A DNA stretch of 64,000 nucleotides, from positions 8,915 through 72,914 of the forward strand of contig JAISCI010000073.1 in assembly GCA_031265685.1 (NCBI GenBank), given 5' to 3'. Made by a program: the position numbers and the translations under genes. The DNA is from Clostridiales bacterium (lineage in GTDB: Bacteria > Bacillota > Clostridia > Lachnospirales > WRAX01). Under the pieces are notes generated by a model. That model worked only from the letters and a program-made list of their open reading frames with translations. It was not told where the DNA came from and did not search any database. Positions within the stretch are counted from its first letter, which is position 1. Each line of letters begins with the position of its first letter. Below are positions 18,939-28,043 of the stretch, piece after piece.

Positions 18939-19394
18939 ATGGAAGAAATTCTAAAAATAATACCCATGCGCCGGGATCACGTCGACGCGGTTTACGCGAT
19001 CGAGCTGGGCAGTTTCTCCATACCGTGGACCAAAGGCGAGTTTTACCGCGAGCTGGGCAGCGAACACGCGGTGTATCTCGCCGCCTCGCTCGGCGGCGAG
19101 ATTGTCGGATACGCCGGAATGTGGCATATAGTCAACGAAGGTCATATAACGAATGTAGCGGTGCGCGAGGACTGCCGCGGTCAGGGCGTCGGAGGGGCGC
19201 TGGTCGCCGGTCTGCTGCGCGAGGCCGCGAAGCTTGGGATGATCGGCGTGACGCTTGAGGTGCGCGCCGGCAATGCCCGCGCCCAGGCCCTCTATTCAAA
19301 ATTCGGCTTCAGGCCGGAGGGCATACGCAAGAACTATTACTCCGACGTCCGCGAGGACGCGATTATTATGTGGAAATATTTATCTGAAGCGTAA
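18939..19394 (+). CDS. rimI: Ribosomal-protein-alanine N-acetyltransferase
   Basis: 151 aa. GNAT motif A RGQGVGGALV and N.RAQALYSKFGF. Conserved tsaE-tsaB-rimI synteny. Confidence 0.85.
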   Translation: MEEILKIIPMRRDHVDAVYAIELGSFSIPWTKGEFYRELGSEHAVYLAASLGGEIVGYAGMWHIVNEGHITNVAVREDCRGQGVGGALVAGLLREAAKLGMIGVTLEVRAGNARAQALYSKFGFRPEGIRKNYYSDVREDAIIMWKYLSEA

Positions 19395-19505
19395 CGCGGT
19401 ATCTTAACAGCGACAGTAATCAGGCAGCTGAAATATACTGAATATGAAAGAGCCGTTTTTGCCCGCGGGGACGCGGCCATTACGCGGAAGTAACCGGGGG
19501 ACGCG

Positions 19506-21872
19506 ATGATCAGAGAGCTGGAATATGACGAACTGAAAAGAGCCATCCTGCCCGAAGAGGCGGACGGTGCCGGCACCGACGGGCGATTCATCGGGCAGGA
19601 GCGCGCGCGCGACGCCATCCGCTTCGGTCTGCGCGTGGGGGATCCTGGCTACAATATTTATGTCTCCGGACCGTCGGGCGTCGGGCGGTCTTCGTTCGCG
19701 GAGCGCTTCGCCGCCGAGGCCGCCGGGGATCTGCCGGTCCCGGACGATCTGTGCTACGCCTATAATTTCGAGGATCCCCTGCGCCCGATTCTGCTGCGCT
19801 TCCCTCCCGGCGGGGGCGGAGCCTTCAAAGAAGCCGTCGCCGACACGGTCGGCGCGCTGCGCGACGAGATACCGCAGGCGTTCTCCGCGCCGGACTTCGA
19901 GGAGCAGAAGCACGAGATGCTGAAAGGATTCCAGGAGGAATTCAACAGCGTGATGAAGCGCGTTTCCGACGACGCCAAGAACAGCGGATTTTCTGTCCGC
20001 ATGTCCGGTTCGGGCGTATTCTTCCTGCCTGTAGTCGGCGAGGAAACGCTGAGCGAGGAGGACTTCGACAAGCTGCCCGAGAGCGAGAAGAACGAGATAA
20101 GCGCCCATTCGGATGAGCTGCAGGCCCGCGTCTTTGAGGTAATGCGCGGGCTGTCCGCCGATGAGAAAGCGTCTCAGAGGGATGTCCGCGACTTGGAGTT
20201 CAAGACCGGGCTGGCCGTCGTTGGGAGGCGTTTCGCCGGACTGTGCGAGGCTTACGCCGGGGACGAGAAAGTCTTGGCGTATCTCTCCGCGCTGAAAGAG
20301 GATATTCTCGACAACCTGCGGCTGTTCGCCGATGATTCCGACGGTGAGGCGGATGCGGCGCCCGGCGCTATGCCTATGACCGGTAAACGCGTCAGGGACG
20401 ACGCCGCCAAAAGGTATCAGATCAACTGCCTGACCTGTAACGACGCGGGCCGCGCGCCTGTCGTCGTCGATTATAACCCGACATACGCGAACGTGGCCGG
20501 GGAGATCGAGTTCGACTCCGAGTTCGGCAACTTCACGACGGATTTCATGAAGATAAAGCCCGGCCTGCTGCACAAGGCCAACGGAGGCATACTGATACTC
20601 CGCGCGGGGGACGTCCTCGCCGGCGGGCATGTGTGGGAGCTGCTTAAACGCGCGCTTAAGACGGGAAGACACGCCGTGGAGTCCGCGAAAGAGGCGTATA
20701 CGTTCGCCGTTACCGGGCTGAGGCCGGAACCCGCCGATATCAGTCTGAAGCTGATCCTGATCGGCGATCTGTACTCCTATGAAATTCTCCGCGCCTACGA
20801 CGACGACTTCGCCAAGCTGTTCGCGATACACGCTGCGTTCGATTTCGAGATAGAGGGCAGCGCGGAGAACGCGGCGGCCTACGCCGGATTCCTCCGTGCG
20901 CGCGCGGAAACGAGGGGTCTGACGCTGACGGCCGGCGCGGCGGCGGCCATCATCGAGCGGGCGTCGCGCGCGGCGGAGTCCAAGACCAAGCTTTCCGCCA
21001 ACTTCCATGATTTGTCGTGCGTACTGACTGAATCGGCGGTATGGGCGCGGATGGACGGCGCGCTGGAGATAACGGCGGCTCACGTGGCTAAGGCGGTTGC
21101 CGAACGCCGGCGCCGCTCGGATATGTTCGAGGAGAAGCTCGACGAGATGACCGAGAACGGCATTATCATGGTCGATACCGACGGCGCGAAAGTCGCGCAG
21201 GTGAACGGCTTGGCCGTTTACGACGAGTTCGACCATACCTACGCCAGGCCTACGCGCATCACCGCGACGACGTACTCGGGCAAGGCCGGCGTCGTCAACG
21301 TGGAGAAGGAAGCCGAACTGACCGGCTCGATCCACGACAAGGGCATGGAGGTTATCGTCGGATATCTCGGAAGGATGTACGCGCAGGAATTTCCGCTCTC
21401 GCTGTCGTGCCGCGTATGCTTCGAGCAGAATTATTCGGGCATCGACGGCGATTCGGCGTCCTCCGCCGAGCTGTACGCGATACTCTCGAGCCTGGCCGAC
21501 GCGCCGATCCGTCAGGATCTGGCCGTAACAGGGTCGATGAGTCAGATGGGCGAGATTCAGGCCATCGGCGGGGTTACGCATAAGATCGAGGGATTCTTCC
21601 GGCTCTGTGCCAGGCGCGGCCTGACGGGGCGGCAGGGCGTGATAATCCCGTGGCAGAACGTGGGCGGGCTGACGCTCGCGGACAACGTTATCGAGGCCGT
21701 GCGCGGCGGGCGGTTCCACATATATTCCATACAGACGGCGGACGAGGGCGTCCGGCTGCTGACGGGCGTCCCCGCCGGCGAGAGGAACGACAAGGGCAAA
21801 TACCCCTCCGATTCGATCCACGGCAGGGTTTATAAGAGACTGAAGGATTACTACAAGCGCGCTGATATCTAG
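19506..21872 (+). CDS. Lon-related protease with degenerate AAA module (LonC-like)
   Basis: 788 aa. C-terminal Lon protease domain with Ser-Lys dyad candidates (GIDGDSASSAELYAIL; GGVTHKIEGF). The N-terminal AAA-like domain has P-loop GPSGVGRSS (Lys replaced by Arg) and GGILILRAGD where Walker B hhhhDE is expected. A long helical insertion lies between them. Confidence 0.75.
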   Translation: MIRELEYDELKRAILPEEADGAGTDGRFIGQERARDAIRFGLRVGDPGYNIYVSGPSGVGRSSFAERFAAEAAGDLPVPDDLCYAYNFEDPLRPILLRFPPGGGGAFKEAVADTVGALRDEIPQAFSAPDFEEQKHEMLKGFQEEFNSVMKRVSDDAKNSGFSVRMSGSGVFFLPVVGEETLSEEDFDKLPESEKNEISAHSDELQARVFEVMRGLSADEKASQRDVRDLEFKTGLAVVGRRFAGLCEAYAGDEKVLAYLSALKEDILDNLRLFADDSDGEADAAPGAMPMTGKRVRDDAAKRYQINCLTCNDAGRAPVVVDYNPTYANVAGEIEFDSEFGNFTTDFMKIKPGLLHKANGGILILRAGDVLAGGHVWELLKRALKTGRHAVESAKEAYTFAVTGLRPEPADISLKLILIGDLYSYEILRAYDDDFAKLFAIHAAFDFEIEGSAENAAAYAGFLRARAETRGLTLTAGAAAAIIERASRAAESKTKLSANFHDLSCVLTESAVWARMDGALEITAAHVAKAVAERRRRSDMFEEKLDEMTENGIIMVDTDGAKVAQVNGLAVYDEFDHTYARPTRITATTYSGKAGVVNVEKEAELTGSIHDKGMEVIVGYLGRMYAQEFPLSLSCRVCFEQNYSGIDGDSASSAELYAILSSLADAPIRQDLAVTGSMSQMGEIQAIGGVTHKIEGFFRLCARRGLTGRQGVIIPWQNVGGLTLADNVIEAVRGGRFHIYSIQTADEGVRLLTGVPAGERNDKGKYPSDSIHGRVYKRLKDYYKRADI

Positions 21873-21888
21873 GCAAGGAGGAGGCGCG

Positions 21889-22740
21889 GTGGACGACATG
21901 CGTGAAATACGCGAAGAGTTTGAGGTTTTGCGCGGGAGGGCGGCGGAGGCGCTTGCCGCCCTGTCCGAACGCGAGGAGCGGTATGCCCCGGACTGGGGCG
22001 GGGCGCGCGGAGCGGCGGCGCTTCTCGCGCTCGTCGGGCGCGAGGGCGCGGGCAGACCGCCAGCCTTCGATAAGCTGGCGCGTCTCGACTTCTCGGGACA
22101 GGCGCTGGACTACGCCGATCTGGCCGAAGCCGACCTGACGGGCACGGGGTTTCGCGGCTCGTCTCTGCGTATGGCGCGGCTGAACGGAGCGGCGCTCGCT
22201 GGGGCGGACCTGTCCGGAGCGAATTTGTCCGGGGCGGACGCGAGGATGGCTTCCGCCGAGGGCGCGGCGTTTTGCCGCGCGGATCTGTCCGGCGGCGACA
22301 TGCGCGGGCTTTCGGCGGCAAAGGCCGATTTCTCCGCCGCCGATCTGACCGACGCCAGCGCGTCGGGCATGTCCGCTCCCGGCGCGATTTTCGCGGCGGC
22401 GGATCTGTCGTCCGCTTGTCTGAGCGGTTCCGACTTGCGCGGCGCGGATTTCTCGGGAGCGACAGGGCATTTTATGTCGGCGCAGAACGCCCTGTTCCGC
22501 GAGGCGGTTTTTCGCGCCGCGCACCTTGAGGACGCCGATCTCTCGGGCTGCGACCTGACCCGCGCGGACCTCTCGGGCGCGTACTGTTCCCGCGCGAACC
22601 TCTCGGGCTGCGACCTGCGCGGGGCGAAGCTGGGCGGCGTCAATTTCCACGGCGCGAACCTGTCCATGGCAGACCTGCGCGGCGCGGACAAGCCCGGCGC
22701 GAACTTCGCGGGCGCGAACCTCCGCTCGTGCGCCATGTAA
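21889..22740 (+). CDS. Pentapeptide-repeat protein
   Basis: 283 aa. GTG start 5 nt after AAGGAGGAGG. More than 30 consecutive A(D/N)LxG-type pentapeptides (ADLSGANLSGADARMASAEGAAFCRADLSGGDMRG...). Confidence 0.85.
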   Translation: MDDMREIREEFEVLRGRAAEALAALSEREERYAPDWGGARGAAALLALVGREGAGRPPAFDKLARLDFSGQALDYADLAEADLTGTGFRGSSLRMARLNGAALAGADLSGANLSGADARMASAEGAAFCRADLSGGDMRGLSAAKADFSAADLTDASASGMSAPGAIFAAADLSSACLSGSDLRGADFSGATGHFMSAQNALFREAVFRAAHLEDADLSGCDLTRADLSGAYCSRANLSGCDLRGAKLGGVNFHGANLSMADLRGADKPGANFAGANLRSCAM

Positions 22741-22803
22741 GAACCTGTATTCATAGATGGAATCAACGTCTTTTCCGCCGATTCCACTAAGGAATACAGG
22801 TTC
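22741..22803. repeat. Long hairpin immediately after the pentapeptide-gene stop codon
   Basis: Perfect 12-bp inverted repeat GAACCTGTATTC (22741-52) / GAATACAGGTTC (22792-803), with a nested GGAATC (22759-64) / GATTCC (22780-85). No T-run follows. Confidence 0.8.
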
Positions 22804-22866
22804 TAAATTCTGTTGCGCCGCGGGCGGCGTTGTGGTATCATTACTATTATTGTCAGAGAATCAGCG

Positions 22867-22929
22867 CTAATCCTATTCTAAATGACGGATAGAACTTTTT
22901 CGGTCCGCGCCTGGAATTTTGCTTGATAA
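22867..22929. repeat. Truncated (left-half) copy of the TA|CTAATC nested-palindrome element family
   Basis: CTAATCCTATTCTAAATG.. terminus, then CTTTTTCGGTCCGCGCCTG (18-nt core identical to 63569-63586), then the half module GAATTTTGCTTGAT. It ends at the deoD RBS GGGAGGG. Confidence 0.65.
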
Positions 22930-22944
22930 CGGGAGGGACAGCCG

Positions 22945-23661
22945 TTGCCTACGCCGCACAACGCCGCGAAACCGGGCGAAATCGCCGAAACAGTCCTGAT
23001 GCCGGGCGATCCGCTGCGGGCCAGGTTTATCGCGGAGACCTACCTCGAATCCGCGCGGGAATATAATTCCGTCCGGGGCATGCTGGGGTATACCGGTCTG
23101 TACAAGGGGCGGCGCGTCAGCGTTCAGGGCGGCGGCATGGGCATACCTTCCATGGGGATATACGCGTGGGAGCTGTTCGCGTTCTACGATGTGGAGACGA
23201 TTATCCGCGTCGGAACGGCGGGCGGGCTGTCGGACGGCGTCGCGATGGGCGACGTGATACTCGCGCTGTCGGCTTCGACCGACTCGAACTTCCAGTCGGG
23301 GATGGGGCTTCGCGGTCACGCCGCGCCTTCGGCGGACTTCGGGCTGCTCGAGAGGGCCGCGTCCGCCGCGCGGGGGCTTGGGTTCGGCTTCAAGGCCGGG
23401 CATGTGCTGTCCACCGACGTGTTCTACAGCGCGCCGGGCGCTTATGACTCTTGGCGGGCGATCGGCGCGCTCGCTGTCGAGATGGAGACGACCGGGCTTT
23501 ATCTGACGGCGGCGAAGGCCGGTAAGAAAGCCGTCGCGATACTTACCGTCTCCGACCACCTGTACGCCGGGGGTTCCGCCCCGCCCGAGGAGCGCGAGCG
23601 CGGTTACACAAGAATGATGGAGATAGCTCTGGAGACGGCGGTAAACGAGGGGAGTGATTGA
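22945..23661 (+). CDS. deoD: Purine nucleoside phosphorylase, DeoD type
   Basis: 238 aa. TTG start 7 nt after GGGAGGG. MPGDPLRARFIAE, GMGIPSMGIY and VEMETTGLY motifs. Confidence 0.85.
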   Translation: MPTPHNAAKPGEIAETVLMPGDPLRARFIAETYLESAREYNSVRGMLGYTGLYKGRRVSVQGGGMGIPSMGIYAWELFAFYDVETIIRVGTAGGLSDGVAMGDVILALSASTDSNFQSGMGLRGHAAPSADFGLLERAASAARGLGFGFKAGHVLSTDVFYSAPGAYDSWRAIGALAVEMETTGLYLTAAKAGKKAVAILTVSDHLYAGGSAPPEERERGYTRMMEIALETAVNEGSD

Positions 23662-25087
23662 CGTGTCCGAATTTATTTTCAACAAAAAAAGCAACCTGCT
23701 TGAACGCTGGGAATTTGACTATCCTCTGCGGAACGTGCGCGAGCCTAACCTGTACCGCAACCTGTTTTCCTATTCCGACATTCCGAAGATCGCGTTCAAC
23801 CACCGGATTGTCCCGCTCGACATGCCGGACGACATATGGATAACCGACACGACGTTCCGGGACGGCCAGCAGTCGCGGGCGCCGTACACCACGGAGCAGA
23901 TCACCGATCTGTATAAGCTGCTGGCGCGGCTCGGCGGGCCGAACGGGCTGGTGCGCCAGAGCGAGTTCTTCCTTTATACAAAGCAGGATCTGGACGCGCT
24001 CTACAGCTGCCTGTCGCTGGGGTACGAATATCCCGAGCCGACCAGCTGGATACGCGCGTCGCAGAAGGATTTCGAGCTGGTCAAATCCGTCGGTCTGAAA
24101 GAGACCGGCATACTCGTCTCGTGCTCGGACTACCATATATTCTTCAAGATGCGTATGGACCGGCAGCAAGTTATCGACCACTACCTGCGCGTCATATCGG
24201 AATGCATCGAGATGGGCGTGCGCCCGCGCTGCCATTTTGAGGATATAACGCGCGCCGATTTCTACGGATTCGTCGTGCCGTTTGTGCGCGCGCTCATGCG
24301 GCTGATGGACGAGACGGGCGTTCCGATAAAGATACGCGCGTGCGACACGATGGGCTACGGCGTGACATATCCGGGCGCGATGCTGCCGCGCTCCGTACCG
24401 GGGATCATATACGGATTGCACCACTACGCGGGCGTTCCGCACGAGCTGCTCGAGTGGCACGGTCATAACGATTTCTACCGGGCGGTTACGAACGCTTCCT
24501 ACGCGTGGCTGTTCGGTGCCTCCGCCGTCAACTGCTCTCTGCTTGGCATTGGCGAGCGCACGGGCAACACGCCGCTCGAGGCCATGATAATAGAATACGC
24601 CCAGCTGCGCGGAACGCTGGACGGCGCGGACACGACTGTTATAACCGAAATAGCCGAATATTTTGAAAAAAAACTCAAATACAGGATACCGCCGCGCACA
24701 CCGTTCGTAGGCCGCGATTTCAACGTGACCAAGGCCGGAATCCACGCCGACGGCATACTTAAAAACGAGGAGATATACAACATCTTCGACACTGATAAAC
24801 TGCTCGGGCGCCCGTGCCGCGTCGCCGTGTCGAGCACGTCGGGTCTGGCGGGCGTGGCGCATTGGTTCAACACCAGGCATTGCCTGTCCGAGAACGAGGC
24901 GCTGGACAAGCGTCACCCCGTAATACGGGAAATAAAGGAATGGGTGGACGCGCAGTACGCCGCCGGCAGAGTGACCGTCATAACGGACGAGGAACTGTCC
25001 GAAGCGGCGGACGCGGCCGTAAGTCATTTTATGGCGGATAGCGGCGGGATTAACAGAAAAAGCCGGACGGAGGAATTGGGGATATGA
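23654..25087 (+). CDS. HMGL/homocitrate-synthase-family enzyme, probably Re-face citrate synthase
   Basis: 477 aa. ITDTTFRDGQQS DRE-TIM motif and GHNDFYRAVTNA. Size and sequence style match the clostridial Re-citrate synthase group, and it is directly followed by isocitrate dehydrogenase. The start is GTG 23654 or, with a better-spaced GAGGGGAG RBS, GTG 23663. Confidence 0.6.
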   Translation: MIDVSEFIFNKKSNLLERWEFDYPLRNVREPNLYRNLFSYSDIPKIAFNHRIVPLDMPDDIWITDTTFRDGQQSRAPYTTEQITDLYKLLARLGGPNGLVRQSEFFLYTKQDLDALYSCLSLGYEYPEPTSWIRASQKDFELVKSVGLKETGILVSCSDYHIFFKMRMDRQQVIDHYLRVISECIEMGVRPRCHFEDITRADFYGFVVPFVRALMRLMDETGVPIKIRACDTMGYGVTYPGAMLPRSVPGIIYGLHHYAGVPHELLEWHGHNDFYRAVTNASYAWLFGASAVNCSLLGIGERTGNTPLEAMIIEYAQLRGTLDGADTTVITEIAEYFEKKLKYRIPPRTPFVGRDFNVTKAGIHADGILKNEEIYNIFDTDKLLGRPCRVAVSSTSGLAGVAHWFNTRHCLSENEALDKRHPVIREIKEWVDAQYAAGRVTVITDEELSEAADAAVSHFMADSGGINRKSRTEELGI

Positions 25088-26265
25088 CGCGTGAATTAGA
25101 AGTCGCGGCGGCGAAGGAACGGTTCGGGCAGCTGCTGTACGAGCAGCTTAAAAGGGTTGACGCGATCAACGCGGCGAAGGAATTCGTCGATTTAGAGAGC
25201 TTGCCGAAGGTAATCATCGGAGTGGTCGGCGGGGACGGCATCGGGCCTTCGATAACCGGGCAGGCCGCGCGCGTGCTTCGGTATCTGCTCGCGGACGCCG
25301 AGGCGGCGGGAAAGGTCGAGTTCCGGATTATAGAGAATCTGACGATCGAGAATCGCCTGGTCTGCGGCAAACCCATTCCGGACGGCTGCCTGGACTCTCT
25401 CAAGGCGTGCCACGTCGTCCTGAAAGGCCCGACGACGACGCCCCAGGCCGGGGATTATCCCATCAACATCGAGTCGGCGAACGTGGCCATGCGCAAGGAG
25501 CTGGATCTCTTCGCGAACGTCCGCCCGGTGCGCGTGCCCGAGCTTGGCATAGACTGGACGTTCTTCCGCGAGAACACCGAGGGCGCGTACGCCGTCGGCA
25601 GCTCCGGCTTCGACGTCAACGGCGATCTGGCGATAGATTTCACGGTCGCGACGACGGAGGGTTCCGAGCGGATCATCCGCGCCGCGTTCGAGTACGCGCG
25701 GAATAACGGCAAGACGCGCGTTACCGCCGTCACGAAAGCGAACGTTGTCAAGACGACGGACGGAAAGTTTCTGACCATCTTCCGGCGGATCGCCAAGGAG
25801 TACCCGGGCATAACCGCCGACGAGTGGTATATAGACATAATGACGGCCAAACTGATTGACGACGACCGCCGCCGCGATTTTCAGGTGTTCGCGCTCCCGA
25901 ACTTATACGGCGACATACTGACCGACGAGGCGGCGCAGATCCAGGGCGGCGTCGGGACGGCCGGCTCCGCGAACCTGGGCAAGCGATACGCGATGTTCGA
26001 GGCGATCCACGGTTCCGCGCCGCGCATGGTTGCGGAGGGCCGCGAGATATACGCCGATCCCTCGAGCGTTATGCGGGCGGCGGCAATGCTGCTCGGGCAT
26101 ATCGGCTATCGCGGCGAGCAGGAGCTTCTCAGCCGCGCGCTCGACCATTGCGGGCGGGGCGATCGGGGCAAAGTCTGCACGGGCAGGCCGAACGGCGCGA
26201 CCACGGCGGAGTTCGCGGATTATGTGACGCGGACAATCTCCCGTTACGCGGAAGAGAGAGTATAA
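25084..26265 (+). CDS. icd: Isocitrate dehydrogenase (isocitrate/isopropylmalate dehydrogenase family)
   Basis: 393 aa. GDGIGPSI N-terminal motif, VTKANV.K, and NLYGDILTDEAAQIQGG.G.AGSANLG. Confidence 0.75.
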   Translation: MTRELEVAAAKERFGQLLYEQLKRVDAINAAKEFVDLESLPKVIIGVVGGDGIGPSITGQAARVLRYLLADAEAAGKVEFRIIENLTIENRLVCGKPIPDGCLDSLKACHVVLKGPTTTPQAGDYPINIESANVAMRKELDLFANVRPVRVPELGIDWTFFRENTEGAYAVGSSGFDVNGDLAIDFTVATTEGSERIIRAAFEYARNNGKTRVTAVTKANVVKTTDGKFLTIFRRIAKEYPGITADEWYIDIMTAKLIDDDRRRDFQVFALPNLYGDILTDEAAQIQGGVGTAGSANLGKRYAMFEAIHGSAPRMVAEGREIYADPSSVMRAAAMLLGHIGYRGEQELLSRALDHCGRGDRGKVCTGRPNGATTAEFADYVTRTISRYAEERV

Positions 26266-26285
26266 AGCGGAAGGGGGGCGGGGTT

Positions 26286-26648
26286 ATGACGCTGGTGTGT
26301 TATTCGCGCTGCGGCACGTGCCGCAAGGCGCGGGTTTGGCTTGCGGAGCGCGGGGCGGCGTTCGACGCGCGGGATATAAAGGAAAACACGCCGACCGAAG
26401 CTGAGCTGCGGCGGTGGGCGGCGCTCGCGGGGCTGTCCGCGCGGAAGCTCTTCAACACGAGCGGGCTGGCGTACCGCGCCGCCGGTCTGAAAGACGCCGT
26501 GGGCGATATGACCGACGACGAGATGTTCGCCGTTCTTTCGGGGGACGGGATGCTCGTGAGGCGCCCGATCCTGATCGGAGACAGCTTCGCCCTGTTCGGG
26601 TTCAAAGAGGATAAGTGGGCGGAAACATTGGGAGGCCGCGGGTTATGA
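26286..26648 (+). CDS. ArsC/Spx/MgsR-family protein
   Basis: Start trimmed to ATG 26286. 120 aa, MTLVCYSRCGTCRKARVWLAE with a CxxC motif, plus LVRRPILI near the C-terminus. Confidence 0.7.
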   Translation: MTLVCYSRCGTCRKARVWLAERGAAFDARDIKENTPTEAELRRWAALAGLSARKLFNTSGLAYRAAGLKDAVGDMTDDEMFAVLSGDGMLVRRPILIGDSFALFGFKEDKWAETLGGRGL

Positions 26649-27310
26649 TCAAACTTGGCAACGACTGGGACGAATTTCTGGACGAGGAGACACGGAAGCC
26701 GTATTACCTTGAACTGCGTAAGTTCCTTAAGTCCGAGTATTCCTCGCGGCGGATATACCCGCCCATGAACGACATATTCAACGCCATGCGGCACACGCCG
26801 CTCGCGAACGTCCGCGCCGTCGTCCTTGGGCAGGATCCGTACATAAACCCCGGCGAGGCGCACGGGCTGGCGTTTTCGGTTCAGCCCGGCGCGAAGGCGC
26901 CGCCGTCGCTGCGCAATATCCTGAAGGAGCTTCATGACGACGCGGGCATACCCGAGCCGCCGAACGGATGTCTGCTCAAATGGGCGGATAACGGCGTTAT
27001 GCTGCTCAACAGGGTTCTGACGGTCGCGGCGGGGGCGAGCCGTTCCCACGCCGGGCGCGGCTGGGAGACGTTCACGCGGGCGGCGATCGAGCGCGTGAAC
27101 GCGAAGGAAGCCCCCGTCGTATTCCTGTTGTGGGGGAAGGACGCTCAGGGCGTCGCGGAATACATAACGAATCCCCGGCACTTGGTTCTGACGGCGGCTC
27201 ACCCCAGCCCGCTGGCGGGAGGCCGTTTTTTCGGGTGCCGGCACTTCTCGAAGGCTAACGAGTTCCTGACGCGAAACGGCGCGGAGCCTATCGACTGGAG
27301 TTTAGAGTAG
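26645..27310 (+). CDS. ung: Uracil-DNA glycosylase
   Basis: Start ATG 26645 (ATGA overlap with the previous stop). VVLGQDPY catalytic motif, GLAFSV, LLNRVLTV, and HPSPLA near the C-terminus. Confidence 0.9.
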   Translation: MIKLGNDWDEFLDEETRKPYYLELRKFLKSEYSSRRIYPPMNDIFNAMRHTPLANVRAVVLGQDPYINPGEAHGLAFSVQPGAKAPPSLRNILKELHDDAGIPEPPNGCLLKWADNGVMLLNRVLTVAAGASRSHAGRGWETFTRAAIERVNAKEAPVVFLLWGKDAQGVAEYITNPRHLVLTAAHPSPLAGGRFFGCRHFSKANEFLTRNGAEPIDWSLE

Positions 27311-27329
27311 AGAATAAGGAGACGGCGCG

Positions 27330-28043
27330 ATGGAGCCGGTTATTATCGGAGACAAGCTGTACGAAGGCAAGGCGAAAGCAGTCTACGCGACGGGCGATCC
27401 GGACGTGCGCGTCATCAAATACAAGGATTCGGCCACGGCGGGCAACGGCGCCAGAAAGGCCGAGATCGCCGGTAAGGGCGAACTGAACCGGAGGATCTGC
27501 TCTAAGATTTTCACAATGCTGAATAACGCGGGTATTCCGACGCATTTTATCCGCGACCTCGGCGAGGACGGGCAGCTCGTGAAAAAATGCGCTATCATCC
27601 CGCTGGAGGTTATAGTGCGGAATGTCGCCGCCGGCAGTTTTTCGGCGCGGTTCGGCGTTCCGGAGGGCGCGGCCCTCTCGCGGCCGACGCTCGAGTATTG
27701 CTATAAAGACGATGCCTTGGGCGACCCTATGATCAACGACTATCATATAAAAGCTCTCGGTCTGGCGTCGGACGGCGAGCTGGCCGAGACGGCGCGGCTC
27801 AGTTTCGAGATAAACGAGCTGCTGTCGGCATATTTCCGCAAGGCCGGGTTGCGGCTCGTGGATTTCAAGCTGGAGTTCGGGCGTACGCCGGACGGCATAG
27901 CGCTCGCGGACGAGATTTCGCCGGACACGTGCCGCCTGTGGGACATGGAGACGAACGCGAAGCTGGACAAAGACGTCTTCCGGCGCGGTTTGGGCGATCT
28001 GGCCGGGGCATACGCCGAGGTGCTGAGGAGAATATCCGGATGA
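27330..28043 (+). CDS. purC: SAICAR synthetase
   Basis: 237 aa. LYEGKAKAVY, PLEVIVRN, and LADEISPDTCRLWD motifs. Confidence 0.9.
   Translation: MEPVIIGDKLYEGKAKAVYATGDPDVRVIKYKDSATAGNGARKAEIAGKGELNRRICSKIFTMLNNAGIPTHFIRDLGEDGQLVKKCAIIPLEVIVRNVAAGSFSARFGVPEGAALSRPTLEYCYKDDALGDPMINDYHIKALGLASDGELAETARLSFEINELLSAYFRKAGLRLVDFKLEFGRTPDGIALADEISPDTCRLWDMETNAKLDKDVFRRGLGDLAGAYAEVLRRISG

Noticed and set aside
19404-21899. Very long antisense or alternative-frame ORFs: 831 aa opposite the Lon-like gene, plus 23543..25027(-), 38986..41091(+), 43475..45307(+), 49558..50844(+), 27743..28837(-), 16047..16838 upstream part and others
   Set aside because: These are typical high-GC shadow ORFs. They are Arg/Gly/Pro/Ala-rich and low-complexity, with no motifs or RBS. 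Each fully overlaps a CDS with clear family signatures.
19506-22740. BREX-like or other defence system because of a Lon-like protease (BrxL analogy)
   Set aside because: No PglX methyltransferase, PglZ, BrxA/B/C or other defence partners are nearby. The architecture fits housekeeping LonC-type proteins, flanked by rimI and deoD.
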